IMG/VR virus record: IMGVR_UViG_3300032225_001536
Location: 1 to 61,473 of that record
Strand: one strand, 5' to 3'
Source of the DNA: a virus
Taxonomy: Duplodnaviria > Caudoviricetes
Length of the DNA: 61,473 nt
Every line of letters begins with the position of its first letter. The stretch's first letter is position 1. Positions 25,841 to 34,781 of this stretch are shown here, piece after piece. The position numbers were made by a program, and so were the translations under genes. A model generated the notes under the pieces. It worked only from the letters and a program-made list of their open reading frames with translations. It was not told the origin of the DNA and searched no databases.

Positions 25841-26457
25841 TTTTCAACTTTGAAGAAGGTTCGGGTTTCTCGGCCTTTGCCATGTTCAATGCCCTTAAAC
25901 TTCATTTTACTACTGATTCTTACGATTATATTCGTTATCACGGAAAGTCCAATGTTACCACAGATAACTTTTCCACAAGAAAGGACAAATATTCTTTCTA
26001 TAAGTTATCACGTAAATACCGATTGGAAGACTTGAAAAACTTCTATGTGGCAAACCTACTAGAAAAGGATGTCAACTGGATTGGTGATATTAATAATCTG
26101 GAAGGCGAAGAAACATATAAAAAGTGGCAAAAAAGAAACCAGAGCTTGACATATCGTTTTGAACAAGATATAATAAGCCTACTTAATGATACACAATCAC
26201 CAAATGAAATGTTGATGGTTGAAGATGGACAATATCCAATCTTGTTGAAAGAAGTAATGCATAGTACTATTGCGGTAGAAACTTTGGTTATATTGAATGA
26301 CATTATGAATTTCTTTCCTATGTGGGACAAAAAGATTGCTGACACAATCGTATGGCCTTCTATGAGATTGAAATTTATAAAGTACACACCATTTATTGAT
26401 TATGATAAATCAAAATTTATTGCAATATTGAAGGCGTCTTTGAAAGAAATCGCCTAA
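25837..26457 (+). CDS. 59: helicase loader gp59
   Basis: ALKLHFTTDSYDY..YHGK, RKDKYSFYKLSRKY, ETLVIL, KYTPF. Confidence 0.88.
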   Translation: MIFNFEEGSGFSAFAMFNALKLHFTTDSYDYIRYHGKSNVTTDNFSTRKDKYSFYKLSRKYRLEDLKNFYVANLLEKDVNWIGDINNLEGEETYKKWQKRNQSLTYRFEQDIISLLNDTQSPNEMLMVEDGQYPILLKEVMHSTIAVETLVILNDIMNFFPMWDKKIADTIVWPSMRLKFIKYTPFIDYDKSKFIAILKASLKEIA

Positions 26458-26533
26458 ATAAACCATATTATGAATAATGTGGACAATCCGTTAATACTCC
26501 GTTATATTCCGTTTATACTAGAAAGGTAAAATT

Positions 26534-27406
26534 ATGACAGATTTTTCTAAATTGAAAAAGAGTTCAGGCAACTTAGACAAGTTGACGAAAGCCATCGAGC
26601 AACTCTCAAGCTCATCAGAAGGTGGTAAATCCGACAAAGACAATTATTGGAAACCAGAAGTAGACAAAGCAGGTAATGGCCTTGCCGTTATTCGTTTTCT
26701 GCCTGCTGCTGCAGTTGATGGTGATGATGGTCTTCCTTGGGCTAAAATCTTTGGTCATGGATTTCAAGGTCCAGGTGGTTGGTTAATCGATAATTGTTTG
26801 ACTACTAAAGGTCAACAATGTCCAGTATGTGAACACAACAACAAATTGTGGAACTCTGGTATCGAAGCCAACAAAGAGATTGTACGTAAACAAAAACGTA
26901 AACTATCTTACATTGCAAACGTGTATATCGTAAGTGATCCTAAGCATCCAGAAAACGAAGGACAAGTTAAATTGTTCAAGTTTGGTGCCAAGATTTTTGA
27001 GAAGATTACAGAAGCAATGAATCCACAATTTGAAGATGAGACACCAATCAATCCATTTGATTTGTGGAAAGGTGCTAACTTCAAGTTGAAGATTACCAAA
27101 GTTGCTGGTTATCAAAACTATGATAAATCTGAATTCATGTCCTCTACTCCATTGTTGGAAGACGATGAGGAATTGGAGAAAATCTGGAAGTCTGAGCATT
27201 CACTTGCTGCATTAACTTCCGATAAAGAATTCAAATCATATGATGACTTGAAGGCACGTTTGGACAAAGTATTGGGTGCTACCGATGTACCTAAGACTAC
27301 TGTGGAAACTCTGAAGGCTGCACCTAAGAAAGCACCTGTTGAAGTTGATATCTCAGCAGATGAAGATGAAGATTTTGCTTACTTCTCAAAGTTAGCTGAA
27401 GATTAA
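26534..27406 (+). CDS. 32: single-stranded DNA-binding protein gp32
   Basis: WKPEVDKAGNG.AVIRFLP, HGFQGPGGW..NCLTT...CPVCE, GANFKLKI, NYDKSEF, acidic tail. Confidence 0.95.
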   Translation: MTDFSKLKKSSGNLDKLTKAIEQLSSSSEGGKSDKDNYWKPEVDKAGNGLAVIRFLPAAAVDGDDGLPWAKIFGHGFQGPGGWLIDNCLTTKGQQCPVCEHNNKLWNSGIEANKEIVRKQKRKLSYIANVYIVSDPKHPENEGQVKLFKFGAKIFEKITEAMNPQFEDETPINPFDLWKGANFKLKITKVAGYQNYDKSEFMSSTPLLEDDEELEKIWKSEHSLAALTSDKEFKSYDDLKARLDKVLGATDVPKTTVETLKAAPKKAPVEVDISADEDEDFAYFSKLAED

Positions 27407-27437
27407 ACTAAAGCTCCTTTCTCAGAACTTAGTTTAG

Positions 27438-27460
27438 ACCCCGCTTCGGCGGGGTTTTTT
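27438..27460 (+). terminator. rho-independent terminator with cUUCGg tetraloop
   Basis: ACCCCGC-TTCG-GCGGGGT followed by a T-tract, between convergent genes. Confidence 0.9.
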
Positions 27461-27465
27461 ATTGG

Positions 27466-28872
27466 TTAAACAATTCTGGTTGAATTGAAAATCATTCGTT
27501 GGAAAGTTGGTTCCATATTACGAACTGTAGGTATGCCGTCTTTTTCCTGTCTCTTTTTTGTTTGAGTATTTGATTGTACATTATTAACTGTTTTTTCAGT
27601 AGGATTTGCCACAGATTCTATCTTTGCGTTTCTATTTTCAGATGTAACTTGATTTAGTTGTTGACTTGCAGGCGGCGTTGCTACTGGTGCAGGAGTTGGA
27701 TTGGTTGTTGGCGCTGGTGTCGTTGTTTCTGTTTTAGTTTCTGGTGTAGCAGTCGGTTTTGGTTCGACCTTTTTACTCAAATCTTTAGGTGTACCATCGG
27801 GATTATGAGTTTGGCCATATTTTGAATCCCAAGATAGTACCTGTAAATCATTTTTCCCGTTAGGTATAGGTCTTGGTTTAACACTCAAATCAGGTTTTAA
27901 AGTTGTTGGATTTTTTGCATTTTCAACTTGTTGTTTAAGTTTTTCTTCACCGCCTGCGGCTTCGATATCAGCTTTATTACCCGACTTAAGAGTTTCTGCA
28001 GATTTTTCTCCACCTTCCTTAACAATTTTTTCCAATTCCTCACGGCGTTCTTTAGACATTGCTTGTGGAGGTGTTGTTCTTAACATCTCAGCAGCTTGTT
28101 CAGCTGTTGGTCCCGCTTGAACGGCTTGATAACCTTTAAATAAAAGATATCCTAATGCTGCTATTGAGGCTACACCGACCAATGCGCCACCAACTGGACC
28201 TATTAAAAATGCTCCAATCCTCAAAAGGCTTTTAAGTCCGCCGAAAGCCGCAAGCATAGATTCTATTGTACTCATTATATCCAAACCACTAGAACTAGAT
28301 ACTTTTCCAGCTGTTGGTGTTGATTCTCCTGGTTTAAAACCTCTAATAGCTTTTAATAGTTCATTATGTCTTTTTTGTGATTCGATATCACGTTCTTCTT
28401 GGAAATTATTTTTTGTTTCTCTTTGTTCTTTTAAATTATCAAAACTTCTTTTTTGTAATTCTAGTATTTTTTCTAATATATCGGACATACCGGTCATATC
28501 ACCACCAGCACTAGGGTCTTTACCAATCTTAGTGGCAGTAGGAGTACTATAATCATCATAACTTTGACGTCCACCAGTGAAATTACGAATATCGGCCTTA
28601 GAGCGACCCGTCATTTTACCTAATAATGCTGGTGCTACATTAGATCCAAAAGTTAAAAACTTAGCAATATTAAGTGGATCAAATTTTTCTTTGATACCAG
28701 TTACTTTTGCTTTCAATCGTGTTTTAACATCAAACTTTTCTTTAAAGGCTTCTTTGACAGATTGAAATGCACCCATGTCTTTGGTTCTGATATTTCTTGT
28801 TATCAGATTAGACAGAGAATAATCCTTATTACGGATTCTTCTCGCTTGTTGATATGTCATTTTGTCTGCCAT
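27466..28872 (-). CDS. tape-measure / baseplate-hub-like virion protein
   Basis: Helical region with a central hydrophobic G/A-rich segment and P/T-rich linker; lies downstream of gp26-gp51 in the tail block. Confidence 0.5.
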   Translation of the reverse strand: MADKMTYQQARRIRNKDYSLSNLITRNIRTKDMGAFQSVKEAFKEKFDVKTRLKAKVTGIKEKFDPLNIAKFLTFGSNVAPALLGKMTGRSKADIRNFTGGRQSYDDYSTPTATKIGKDPSAGGDMTGMSDILEKILELQKRSFDNLKEQRETKNNFQEERDIESQKRHNELLKAIRGFKPGESTPTAGKVSSSSGLDIMSTIESMLAAFGGLKSLLRIGAFLIGPVGGALVGVASIAALGYLLFKGYQAVQAGPTAEQAAEMLRTTPPQAMSKERREELEKIVKEGGEKSAETLKSGNKADIEAAGGEEKLKQQVENAKNPTTLKPDLSVKPRPIPNGKNDLQVLSWDSKYGQTHNPDGTPKDLSKKVEPKPTATPETKTETTTPAPTTNPTPAPVATPPASQQLNQVTSENRNAKIESVANPTEKTVNNVQSNTQTKKRQEKDGIPTVRNMEPTFQRMIFNSTRIV

Positions 28873-30522
28873 TTATCTTCCTCGAATTTTTCTGTGCATT
28901 GGTGAACTGTCATCTACTTTTGGTTGCTCTTGTGTGGGTGCACTCGATTGTGTACTTGAAGTATTAATATTATTTACAGTTGTTGATTGTTGTTTTGTTA
29001 AATTAGCATTCAAATCGGCATTTTCTTTGGATGATTGGTCAATTCTTGGACCAGTATTTGCTGGAGGTGTCACATTTGATGTATTTTGTTTTAATTTTGC
29101 TGCTCTGTCTGCATCTAGTGCTTCACCCACAGCTTCTGGTGGATTGTGTGCTTTGTTACCACCAACACCAGAATAATAAGATTGTCCTTTAGCAATAGGA
29201 ATTTTCTTCTCTGGTATAATTTTTCCAGTCTTTTTATCTTTATGTTCAGGTTCTATTCTTTCGGTGTCATAGGGAACACCAACAGAAGCAAATTCTTTGG
29301 CCAATGCCATGATAGCCGCATCTCTAGTTGCTCCTTTTTTTCCATTAATATAATCCTCAACTGCGCCACGGCCTTGAACAGATGTTGTTAGACCTTTTGA
29401 AAACAATAAATCTTGTGTTGCTGCATCCAAATATGTTGTTTTTGGATCAAGTTTTAAATTCTTAACAAGACCTTTCATCGTTTTTGGAATAATTTGATAA
29501 CGACCAACAGCAAATAATCTATTAGGATCACCTTGTGGTAATTCACCTCTCCTTAGATATTCAGCAATAGACATTTTACTGAAATCGATGGGTTTATCTG
29601 CTGCTACTATTTTGTTACCATCTGTGCCTTTGTTATAGGCATTATATTCATTTCCACCAAAAGATTTACCCGATGAACTTTTACTTTCATATTTTGCTAT
29701 ATTTGTGGCTAAAGCTTCCCTACCAAACAATGCAGCAGTTGTGGCCATAGCGGCACCAACTCCTATTTTTCCAGCTTTTTCAGCAGAAGGTGGCGGTTTT
29801 ATTTCTGCTTTTTTTGGTACAGGTTCTGTTTTAGGTTCAGGTTCTTTCTTTTTTACCTGTTCAACTTTCTTTTCTTCTTTCTTTTGTTCCTGTTTTCTTT
29901 GTTCTTTTTGAGCAGTATCTTTCTTTTCTTGTTTTTGTTCAGTCTTTTTTTCTTCTTTTTTAACTTCTTCTTTCTTCTGCTCTTGTTTTTTTTCTTCTTT
30001 TTTAACTTCTTCTTTCTTCTGCTCTTGTTTTTTTTCTTGCTTTTCTTGCTTCTTCTGTTCTTGTTTCTGCTCAGGCTTTTTCTCAGCTGGTTTCTGCTCA
30101 GCTGGTTTTTGTTCAGTCTTTTTTTCAGCTGGTTTTTGTTCAGTCTTTTTTTCAGCTGGCTTTTGTTCAGTCTTTTTCTCGGTTGGTTTCTGCTCAGCTG
30201 GTTTTTCTTTCTTAACCTCTTCTTCTTTTTTCTTTGGTGGTTTTTTGGCTCTAGGTTTCTTACGAACAGTCAAAGCTTTAATGAGAGCTGCATTTCTTTC
30301 TGCTTCATTCTTTTCTTTTTTCTTTTCATCACGCATGGCCAATTCATGGTCAATATCTTGCTCTTCTTGTACCTTGAGCATTGTCTTATAGATTTGTCCA
30401 AGAAGTTTATCAGGTGAACGCTTATCACCACCTAAATTATAGTTCCAAGCAATACCACGGCCAATAGCACCACCGAGTGATTTTGCCATATTTAATGATT
30501 TTTTGCCTAATTCTAGTGCCAT
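28873..30522 (-). CDS. virion protein with K/E/Q-rich repeats and a lysozyme-like (muramidase) domain; tape-measure-associated
   Basis: IAKYES...YNAYN...AVGRYQIIPKTM...QDLL...LAKEFASV lysozyme-like motifs. Confidence 0.7.
   Translation of the reverse strand: MALELGKKSLNMAKSLGGAIGRGIAWNYNLGGDKRSPDKLLGQIYKTMLKVQEEQDIDHELAMRDEKKKEKNEAERNAALIKALTVRKKPRAKKPPKKKEEEVKKEKPAEQKPTEKKTEQKPAEKKTEQKPAEKKTEQKPAEQKPAEKKPEQKQEQKKQEKQEKKQEQKKEEVKKEEKKQEQKKEEVKKEEKKTEQKQEKKDTAQKEQRKQEQKKEEKKVEQVKKKEPEPKTEPVPKKAEIKPPPSAEKAGKIGVGAAMATTAALFGREALATNIAKYESKSSSGKSFGGNEYNAYNKGTDGNKIVAADKPIDFSKMSIAEYLRRGELPQGDPNRLFAVGRYQIIPKTMKGLVKNLKLDPKTTYLDAATQDLLFSKGLTTSVQGRGAVEDYINGKKGATRDAAIMALAKEFASVGVPYDTERIEPEHKDKKTGKIIPEKKIPIAKGQSYYSGVGGNKAHNPPEAVGEALDADRAAKLKQNTSNVTPPANTGPRIDQSSKENADLNANLTKQQSTTVNNINTSSTQSSAPTQEQPKVDDSSPMHRKIRGR
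29945..30210 (-). repeat. coding tandem repeats (42-bp KKQEQKKEEVKKEE x2; 15/30-bp KPAEQ/KKTEQ units)
   Basis: Direct DNA repeats such as TTTTTTCAGCTGGTTTTTGTTCAGTC. Confidence 0.8.
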
Positions 30523-30711
30523 TTATCTTCTTTGACGTTCTTTTAGTTTTTGATTTTCTTCCTCAATATATTGTATCAACATGGCAACGTAGATATCTCG
30601 TTCCCATGGCATCATATTTTCAAGTTCAGTTAAACTATACTTATGGTGTTGTATTAATGAAAAATTAGTTGTATAATAGTTTTTCAAATTATCATGACGA
30701 AATATTAACCG
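30523..30711 (-). CDS. 51: gp51-like baseplate hub assembly protein, probably reached by a -1 frameshift from gp26
   Basis: Frame reads RLIFRHDNLKNYYTTNFSLIQHHKYSLTELENMMPWERDIYVAMLIQYIEEENQKLKERQRR*. No ATG precedes the conserved part; the first possible start is TTG at 30687. Confidence 0.8.
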   Translation of the reverse strand, partial: RLIFRHDNLKNYYTTNFSLIQHHKYSLTELENMMPWERDIYVAMLIQYIEEENQKLKERQRR

Positions 30712-31430
30712 AAAAAATTCTCTAACCCTTCCACCTCAATCGTATGGTCAAAACCACACTTACCACATTTCATTTGCACATTTTTAGTCATTCTTGGTAA
30801 ATTATTGAAAAAGTTTTCTACTTTATCAAACTGTTCTTGGTTTAATTGTTCGATGAATTCTAACATTTCACCAGGTTCTGCTTCGCTTGCATAATAGAAT
30901 TGGTCACCATCATAGATGTATTCAACAGAGTTTGCAATCATATTGAAAGTTATGTCGGTAATATTGTCCATGTCTAAAGATTGTTTAACATTACCAAACT
31001 CTGGATATTTCATTTTAATAACAAGTTGTGGTGTTAATTGAATTTCTGGATTAACAAGATTCGATACATCTGGTCTAATTTCAAGTAAATTAATATCAGT
31101 TTTCATTATGTTACCACAAGTTGTACCCTCAACCTCATTGTTACAACGATAGTTTGATTCAACAACTTCACCAACTGATTTAGCTCTTAGATTGATAAAG
31201 TAATATTCAATATCAAGTATTGGCAATTTTTCAATATCAATACCTTCAGTCAAAGTACAGTTATAAAGAATATCTTTAATATTCTGTTGTATTGTTGTTG
31301 TTTCATTTGATTCAACCGCCATCAACAAATTTCTTTGTTCTTTCACAAGGAAAGGACGATATTTAATCTTTTTCTTTGAAATAGGTAATTCAATTTCGTA
31401 TGTTGGTATATCAATTTTTGGCAAAGCCAT
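30705..31430 (-). CDS. 26: baseplate hub assembly chaperone gp26
   Basis: MALPKI..PTYE..LP...IKYRPFLVKE, LRAKSVGE, MKYP, CGKCG, EGLENFF end. Confidence 0.88.
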   Translation of the reverse strand: MALPKIDIPTYEIELPISKKKIKYRPFLVKEQRNLLMAVESNETTTIQQNIKDILYNCTLTEGIDIEKLPILDIEYYFINLRAKSVGEVVESNYRCNNEVEGTTCGNIMKTDINLLEIRPDVSNLVNPEIQLTPQLVIKMKYPEFGNVKQSLDMDNITDITFNMIANSVEYIYDGDQFYYASEAEPGEMLEFIEQLNQEQFDKVENFFNNLPRMTKNVQMKCGKCGFDHTIEVEGLENFFG

Positions 31431-31441
31431 ATTATCACTCC

Positions 31442-32131
31442 TTAATAATCGTAAATTTCAGTTTGTCCATCTGGATTAATTGCATTAATGCTTGTGCTCT
31501 TCGCACCGTCTGCACTACCTGCAGAACTGAATGGATTTGTAAATCCACTCGAAATTTTTTCTATACCATATTCTAAACCAGCCTCCAAAATTTCCATACC
31601 AAGAGATTGTAGAGAATTGTTTTTCCAATATGTATAAGCAAATGTAACAGACAATTTGTGGTAACCATCATCATTCCAATTTAAATCTAATTGGTTCATA
31701 GAAATTGGATATGCACCATATAAACTTACAGAATATGTCAATTCATTCGACACATCATATTGGTTAATATTAATTGCTGTTGAATAATCATTTTTATATT
31801 TAAAATCGTTTGTGTATGTTGGATTAATATAGTTCATCCAAGCATCAAAAAATATTTTCTGATTCATATCACCATCAACAATAAATGTTAAATCCAAATC
31901 ATTGTATGTTGATAGATACGGATGTTTTTCAATTGGACCATATGTCTTTTGGTCAGCAGTAGCGAACGTTCTACCTGGTAACTGTGCTGTTTCACAACGA
32001 TATCTTAAATTTCTGGAGGTCGATATGTATGGAATCAATATAAGTGGAATAGGAATATCCACATCAAACCGTTGTGGTCTTGCTAATTCGGTATTGAATG
32101 ATGACTTGAAATCGTTAATTGATCCGGCCAT
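31442..32131 (-). CDS. tail tube initiator gp54 / gp19-fold protein
   Basis: LARPQRFDV, RCETAQLPGR, FDAWMN, AYPISM...L.W, VTFAY..W; start MAGSIND overlaps the gp2 stop (TAATG). Confidence 0.75.
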   Translation of the reverse strand: MAGSINDFKSSFNTELARPQRFDVDIPIPLILIPYISTSRNLRYRCETAQLPGRTFATADQKTYGPIEKHPYLSTYNDLDLTFIVDGDMNQKIFFDAWMNYINPTYTNDFKYKNDYSTAININQYDVSNELTYSVSLYGAYPISMNQLDLNWNDDGYHKLSVTFAYTYWKNNSLQSLGMEILEAGLEYGIEKISSGFTNPFSSAGSADGAKSTSINAINPDGQTEIYDY

Positions 32132-32751
32132 TATGAGTTCCTTATTTCTTGTATAGATTCCTGCCAAACTTCTTGTGGTTTAGCTTTCTTAAATTGTTGT
32201 ATTGGTAAATATACCGCTATGTCCCATTCATTATGTTCTACCGAAAGAATCCTAGACTTCACATGACTATAAAGATACTGTTTGATACAAGGTCTAAATT
32301 CTTTTAGTTTGGATGACGCATCCAACATCGGATACGTCACTCGGAGTCTCTTAATCTCATCTTCATCATTGTAGATAGCATATGGTAACAATTTTTTAAG
32401 AAAATTGATACGATATCTAAGTGGCAAGTAATGTAAGTTAAGACCTATAAAACCATCTGAGGTTCTTTTAAGTGGTATAACCAGAGGAAATCTATCATAA
32501 TATGGCAATTCTGCCTTTCCTTTGGGGTCATACACAAAAAAGTATAAACCACCCATTAAAAACTTTTGTCGGTCAGTTGGTCTTACATAACGGTGTCTTT
32601 CTTTGGTCATTGGAACAGACATTGCTGTTGGATTTCTCAAAGAAGCAATCTTTTGCATAAGCCATTTGTAAGATTCTCGGCTATTCGTTTGATAAGCGAG
32701 TGAGGCTTTTTCCTCAGATAGTGTAGTGAGTATTGATGGTTTTTTATTCAT
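32131..32751 (-). CDS. 2: DNA end protector gp2
   Basis: YDPKGKAELPYYDRFPLV, GLNLHYLP, PCIKQYL..HV. Confidence 0.9.
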   Translation of the reverse strand: MNKKPSILTTLSEEKASLAYQTNSRESYKWLMQKIASLRNPTAMSVPMTKERHRYVRPTDRQKFLMGGLYFFVYDPKGKAELPYYDRFPLVIPLKRTSDGFIGLNLHYLPLRYRINFLKKLLPYAIYNDEDEIKRLRVTYPMLDASSKLKEFRPCIKQYLYSHVKSRILSVEHNEWDIAVYLPIQQFKKAKPQEVWQESIQEIRNS

Positions 32752-32762
32752 GGACTATTTAG

Positions 32763-33197
32763 TTAGAGACCCAAATGGTCTTCTGTCATCAACATAAACT
32801 GCCAGCCACGGTCTAGACAGTATTCTGTAGCGGCCTTCCATTTTGCTTGATTAACGCCCCAAGTTGTAACTTCGGTGATGTATTGTTTGGTGACCCTACG
32901 TTGAACTTTTGGTTCTATTGTTTGTTTTTTTGGTTTCACTTCAATCATCATGGTTTTAGTCGAACCATCTTTTCCACGTGACTTAACAACAAAATCCGGG
33001 AAATATCTATGCATTTTACCATCTACTGGAGATTTGTAAGGAATGACAACTTCTTCTGAAGCCCATGATATGATGTTTGGATTTTTGTCGAGCCAATTCA
33101 TCACTCTACATTCCCATGAAGAGCGATATATGATATTTGTATGGTCCCCAACATATTTTTGAGGATTTGACGGTCTAAATATTCCTGAATATGCCAT
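32763..33197 (-). CDS. 4: head completion nuclease gp4
   Basis: MAYSG.F.P.NP.KY.GD..NIIYRSSWE, WASEE, HRYFPDF, IEVKP, NQAKWKAA. Confidence 0.9.
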   Translation of the reverse strand: MAYSGIFRPSNPQKYVGDHTNIIYRSSWECRVMNWLDKNPNIISWASEEVVIPYKSPVDGKMHRYFPDFVVKSRGKDGSTKTMMIEVKPKKQTIEPKVQRRVTKQYITEVTTWGVNQAKWKAATEYCLDRGWQFMLMTEDHLGL

Positions 33198-33222
33198 AAA
33201 TACTATGTATAACAATTATTTA
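33196..33222. promoter_or_regulatory. overlapping divergent late-promoter-like motifs
   Basis: ATAAATA on + (33196-33202) towards gp48; TAAATA on - (33217-33222) towards gp4. Confidence 0.5.
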
Positions 33223-33230
33223 AGAGAAAC

Positions 33231-34172
33231 ATGGCAATAATTTCAATTCCAACATCTATTGGTGGTGTAACGATACCTGGACTGAATAAGGGTCCATTAA
33301 GGTCGTTATTTGGTAATCCTTTTTCAACGTCTTCATTACAATATCCAAGTGATTTGACTGCCGCAAACAAAAATCACTTCGTAAGATTTGATATTAGAGA
33401 AATAGAATCGGCCGATTTTTCAAAAGATATAACTGGAGGAAAAGGTATATTTACCACAGAAGGTGCAAAAAATGCTCTTGATGTTGGTGTCACAAAAATA
33501 ACTGAATTCACCAATTCTGTAACAGATACAAAAACAACATTTTCACAAAACTTGGAACCAGGCGTTAAACAAACTCCCGTTGCAACGATCCAGTTATATA
33601 TGCCAGATTCAATGGAATTTCAATCTGGTATTAATTATGGTGAGGAAGATTTATTATCTGCCACACAAGATGTTCTTTCTACTCTTGGAGGAAAAGTTGG
33701 TGCAGCGATTGCCTCAGTAGGTAGTGCAATGAAAAGTTCGGCAGCACAGATAGCACTAAAGAAATTTGGTTATGCTTTAAACCCACAGGTACAAATATTA
33801 TTTCAAAATATTAATTTTAGAGATTATACAATGTCTTTTGTTTTTTCACCAAATTCTAAAGAAGAAGCACAAAACATACAAAAAATTATTAAAACATTTA
33901 GAGGATGGGCAGCACCACAAATTGTTGCCGACACTAAAGGTATGTTTTACAAACCACCTGCGGTATTTGATGTGTCTTTTTGGTCAAATGGTAGCCAAAA
34001 TACAAAAATAAATAGAATACAAAGAAGTGTTGTCACAAGTGTTGATGTTAATTATGCACCGAACGGTTGGGCTGCACATTCCGATGGATCTCCTGTTCAA
34101 ACAACGATGACTATACAATTAAAAGAAACTGTATTGAACGACAGAGACCAAATTTTATCTGGTGGATACTAA
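33231..34172 (+). CDS. 48: baseplate tail tube cap gp48
   Basis: LQYPSD, IQLYMP, LNPQVQILF...FR..F.F.P.S..EA, V.VNYAPNG, P..T.MT..LKE. Confidence 0.85.
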   Translation: MAIISIPTSIGGVTIPGLNKGPLRSLFGNPFSTSSLQYPSDLTAANKNHFVRFDIREIESADFSKDITGGKGIFTTEGAKNALDVGVTKITEFTNSVTDTKTTFSQNLEPGVKQTPVATIQLYMPDSMEFQSGINYGEEDLLSATQDVLSTLGGKVGAAIASVGSAMKSSAAQIALKKFGYALNPQVQILFQNINFRDYTMSFVFSPNSKEEAQNIQKIIKTFRGWAAPQIVADTKGMFYKPPAVFDVSFWSNGSQNTKINRIQRSVVTSVDVNYAPNGWAAHSDGSPVQTTMTIQLKETVLNDRDQILSGGY

Positions 34173-34173
34173 A

Positions 34174-34779
34174 ATGAAATATTTCGAAACTTTACCAAAA
34201 GTTGTCTATACAGACCAAAAGAAAAATTCTAAAGTTTATACAAATCTTCTGGCTAGAGTTAGTGTTAAACCAACTCTATTGGACAATTCTGTCATCTATT
34301 ACAAATATGACATACAAGATGGCGACACACCAGAAATCATTGCACACAAATACTATGGAGATGTATATCGTTATTGGATTGTATTATATGTGAATCAAAT
34401 ATTGGATCCGCAATGGGGTTGGCCAGTCACATCCAATGCGTTTGAGGATTATGTGCGTAATAAGTATCCAAATATGAGTTATTATGTTATACCACACCAT
34501 TTTGAAAAAATTATAACTCAAGTTGATAGTAAAACAAATATTACAACCACAAATATATTGATTGTTGATGAATTTACTTATGATAATTTACCACCAGAAC
34601 CTATCACAAAAAGTTTCTCTTTTGCATCAGGAACAACAACTGTCACTACATCCAGAAGAGTGGTATCTTTATATGATTATGAGATGGATTTAAATGAATC
34701 GAAAAGAAATATTAAAATATTAAATTCGGCATATGTAAATCAATTTGAAACTGAATTTTCTGATTTGATGGCTGCTTAA
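34174..34779 (+). CDS. 53: baseplate wedge subunit gp53
   Basis: YF..LP, YDIQDGDTPEIIAHKYYGD...WIVL..N...P..GWP, YE..LNESKRNIKIL. Confidence 0.88.
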   Translation: MKYFETLPKVVYTDQKKNSKVYTNLLARVSVKPTLLDNSVIYYKYDIQDGDTPEIIAHKYYGDVYRYWIVLYVNQILDPQWGWPVTSNAFEDYVRNKYPNMSYYVIPHHFEKIITQVDSKTNITTTNILIVDEFTYDNLPPEPITKSFSFASGTTTVTTSRRVVSLYDYEMDLNESKRNIKILNSAYVNQFETEFSDLMAA

Positions 34780-34781
34780 AA

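Noticed and set aside
29884-30417. 177-aa F/L-rich ORF that looks like a membrane protein
   Set aside because: It is the antisense shadow of the K/E/Q repeat tract of the minus-strand gene.
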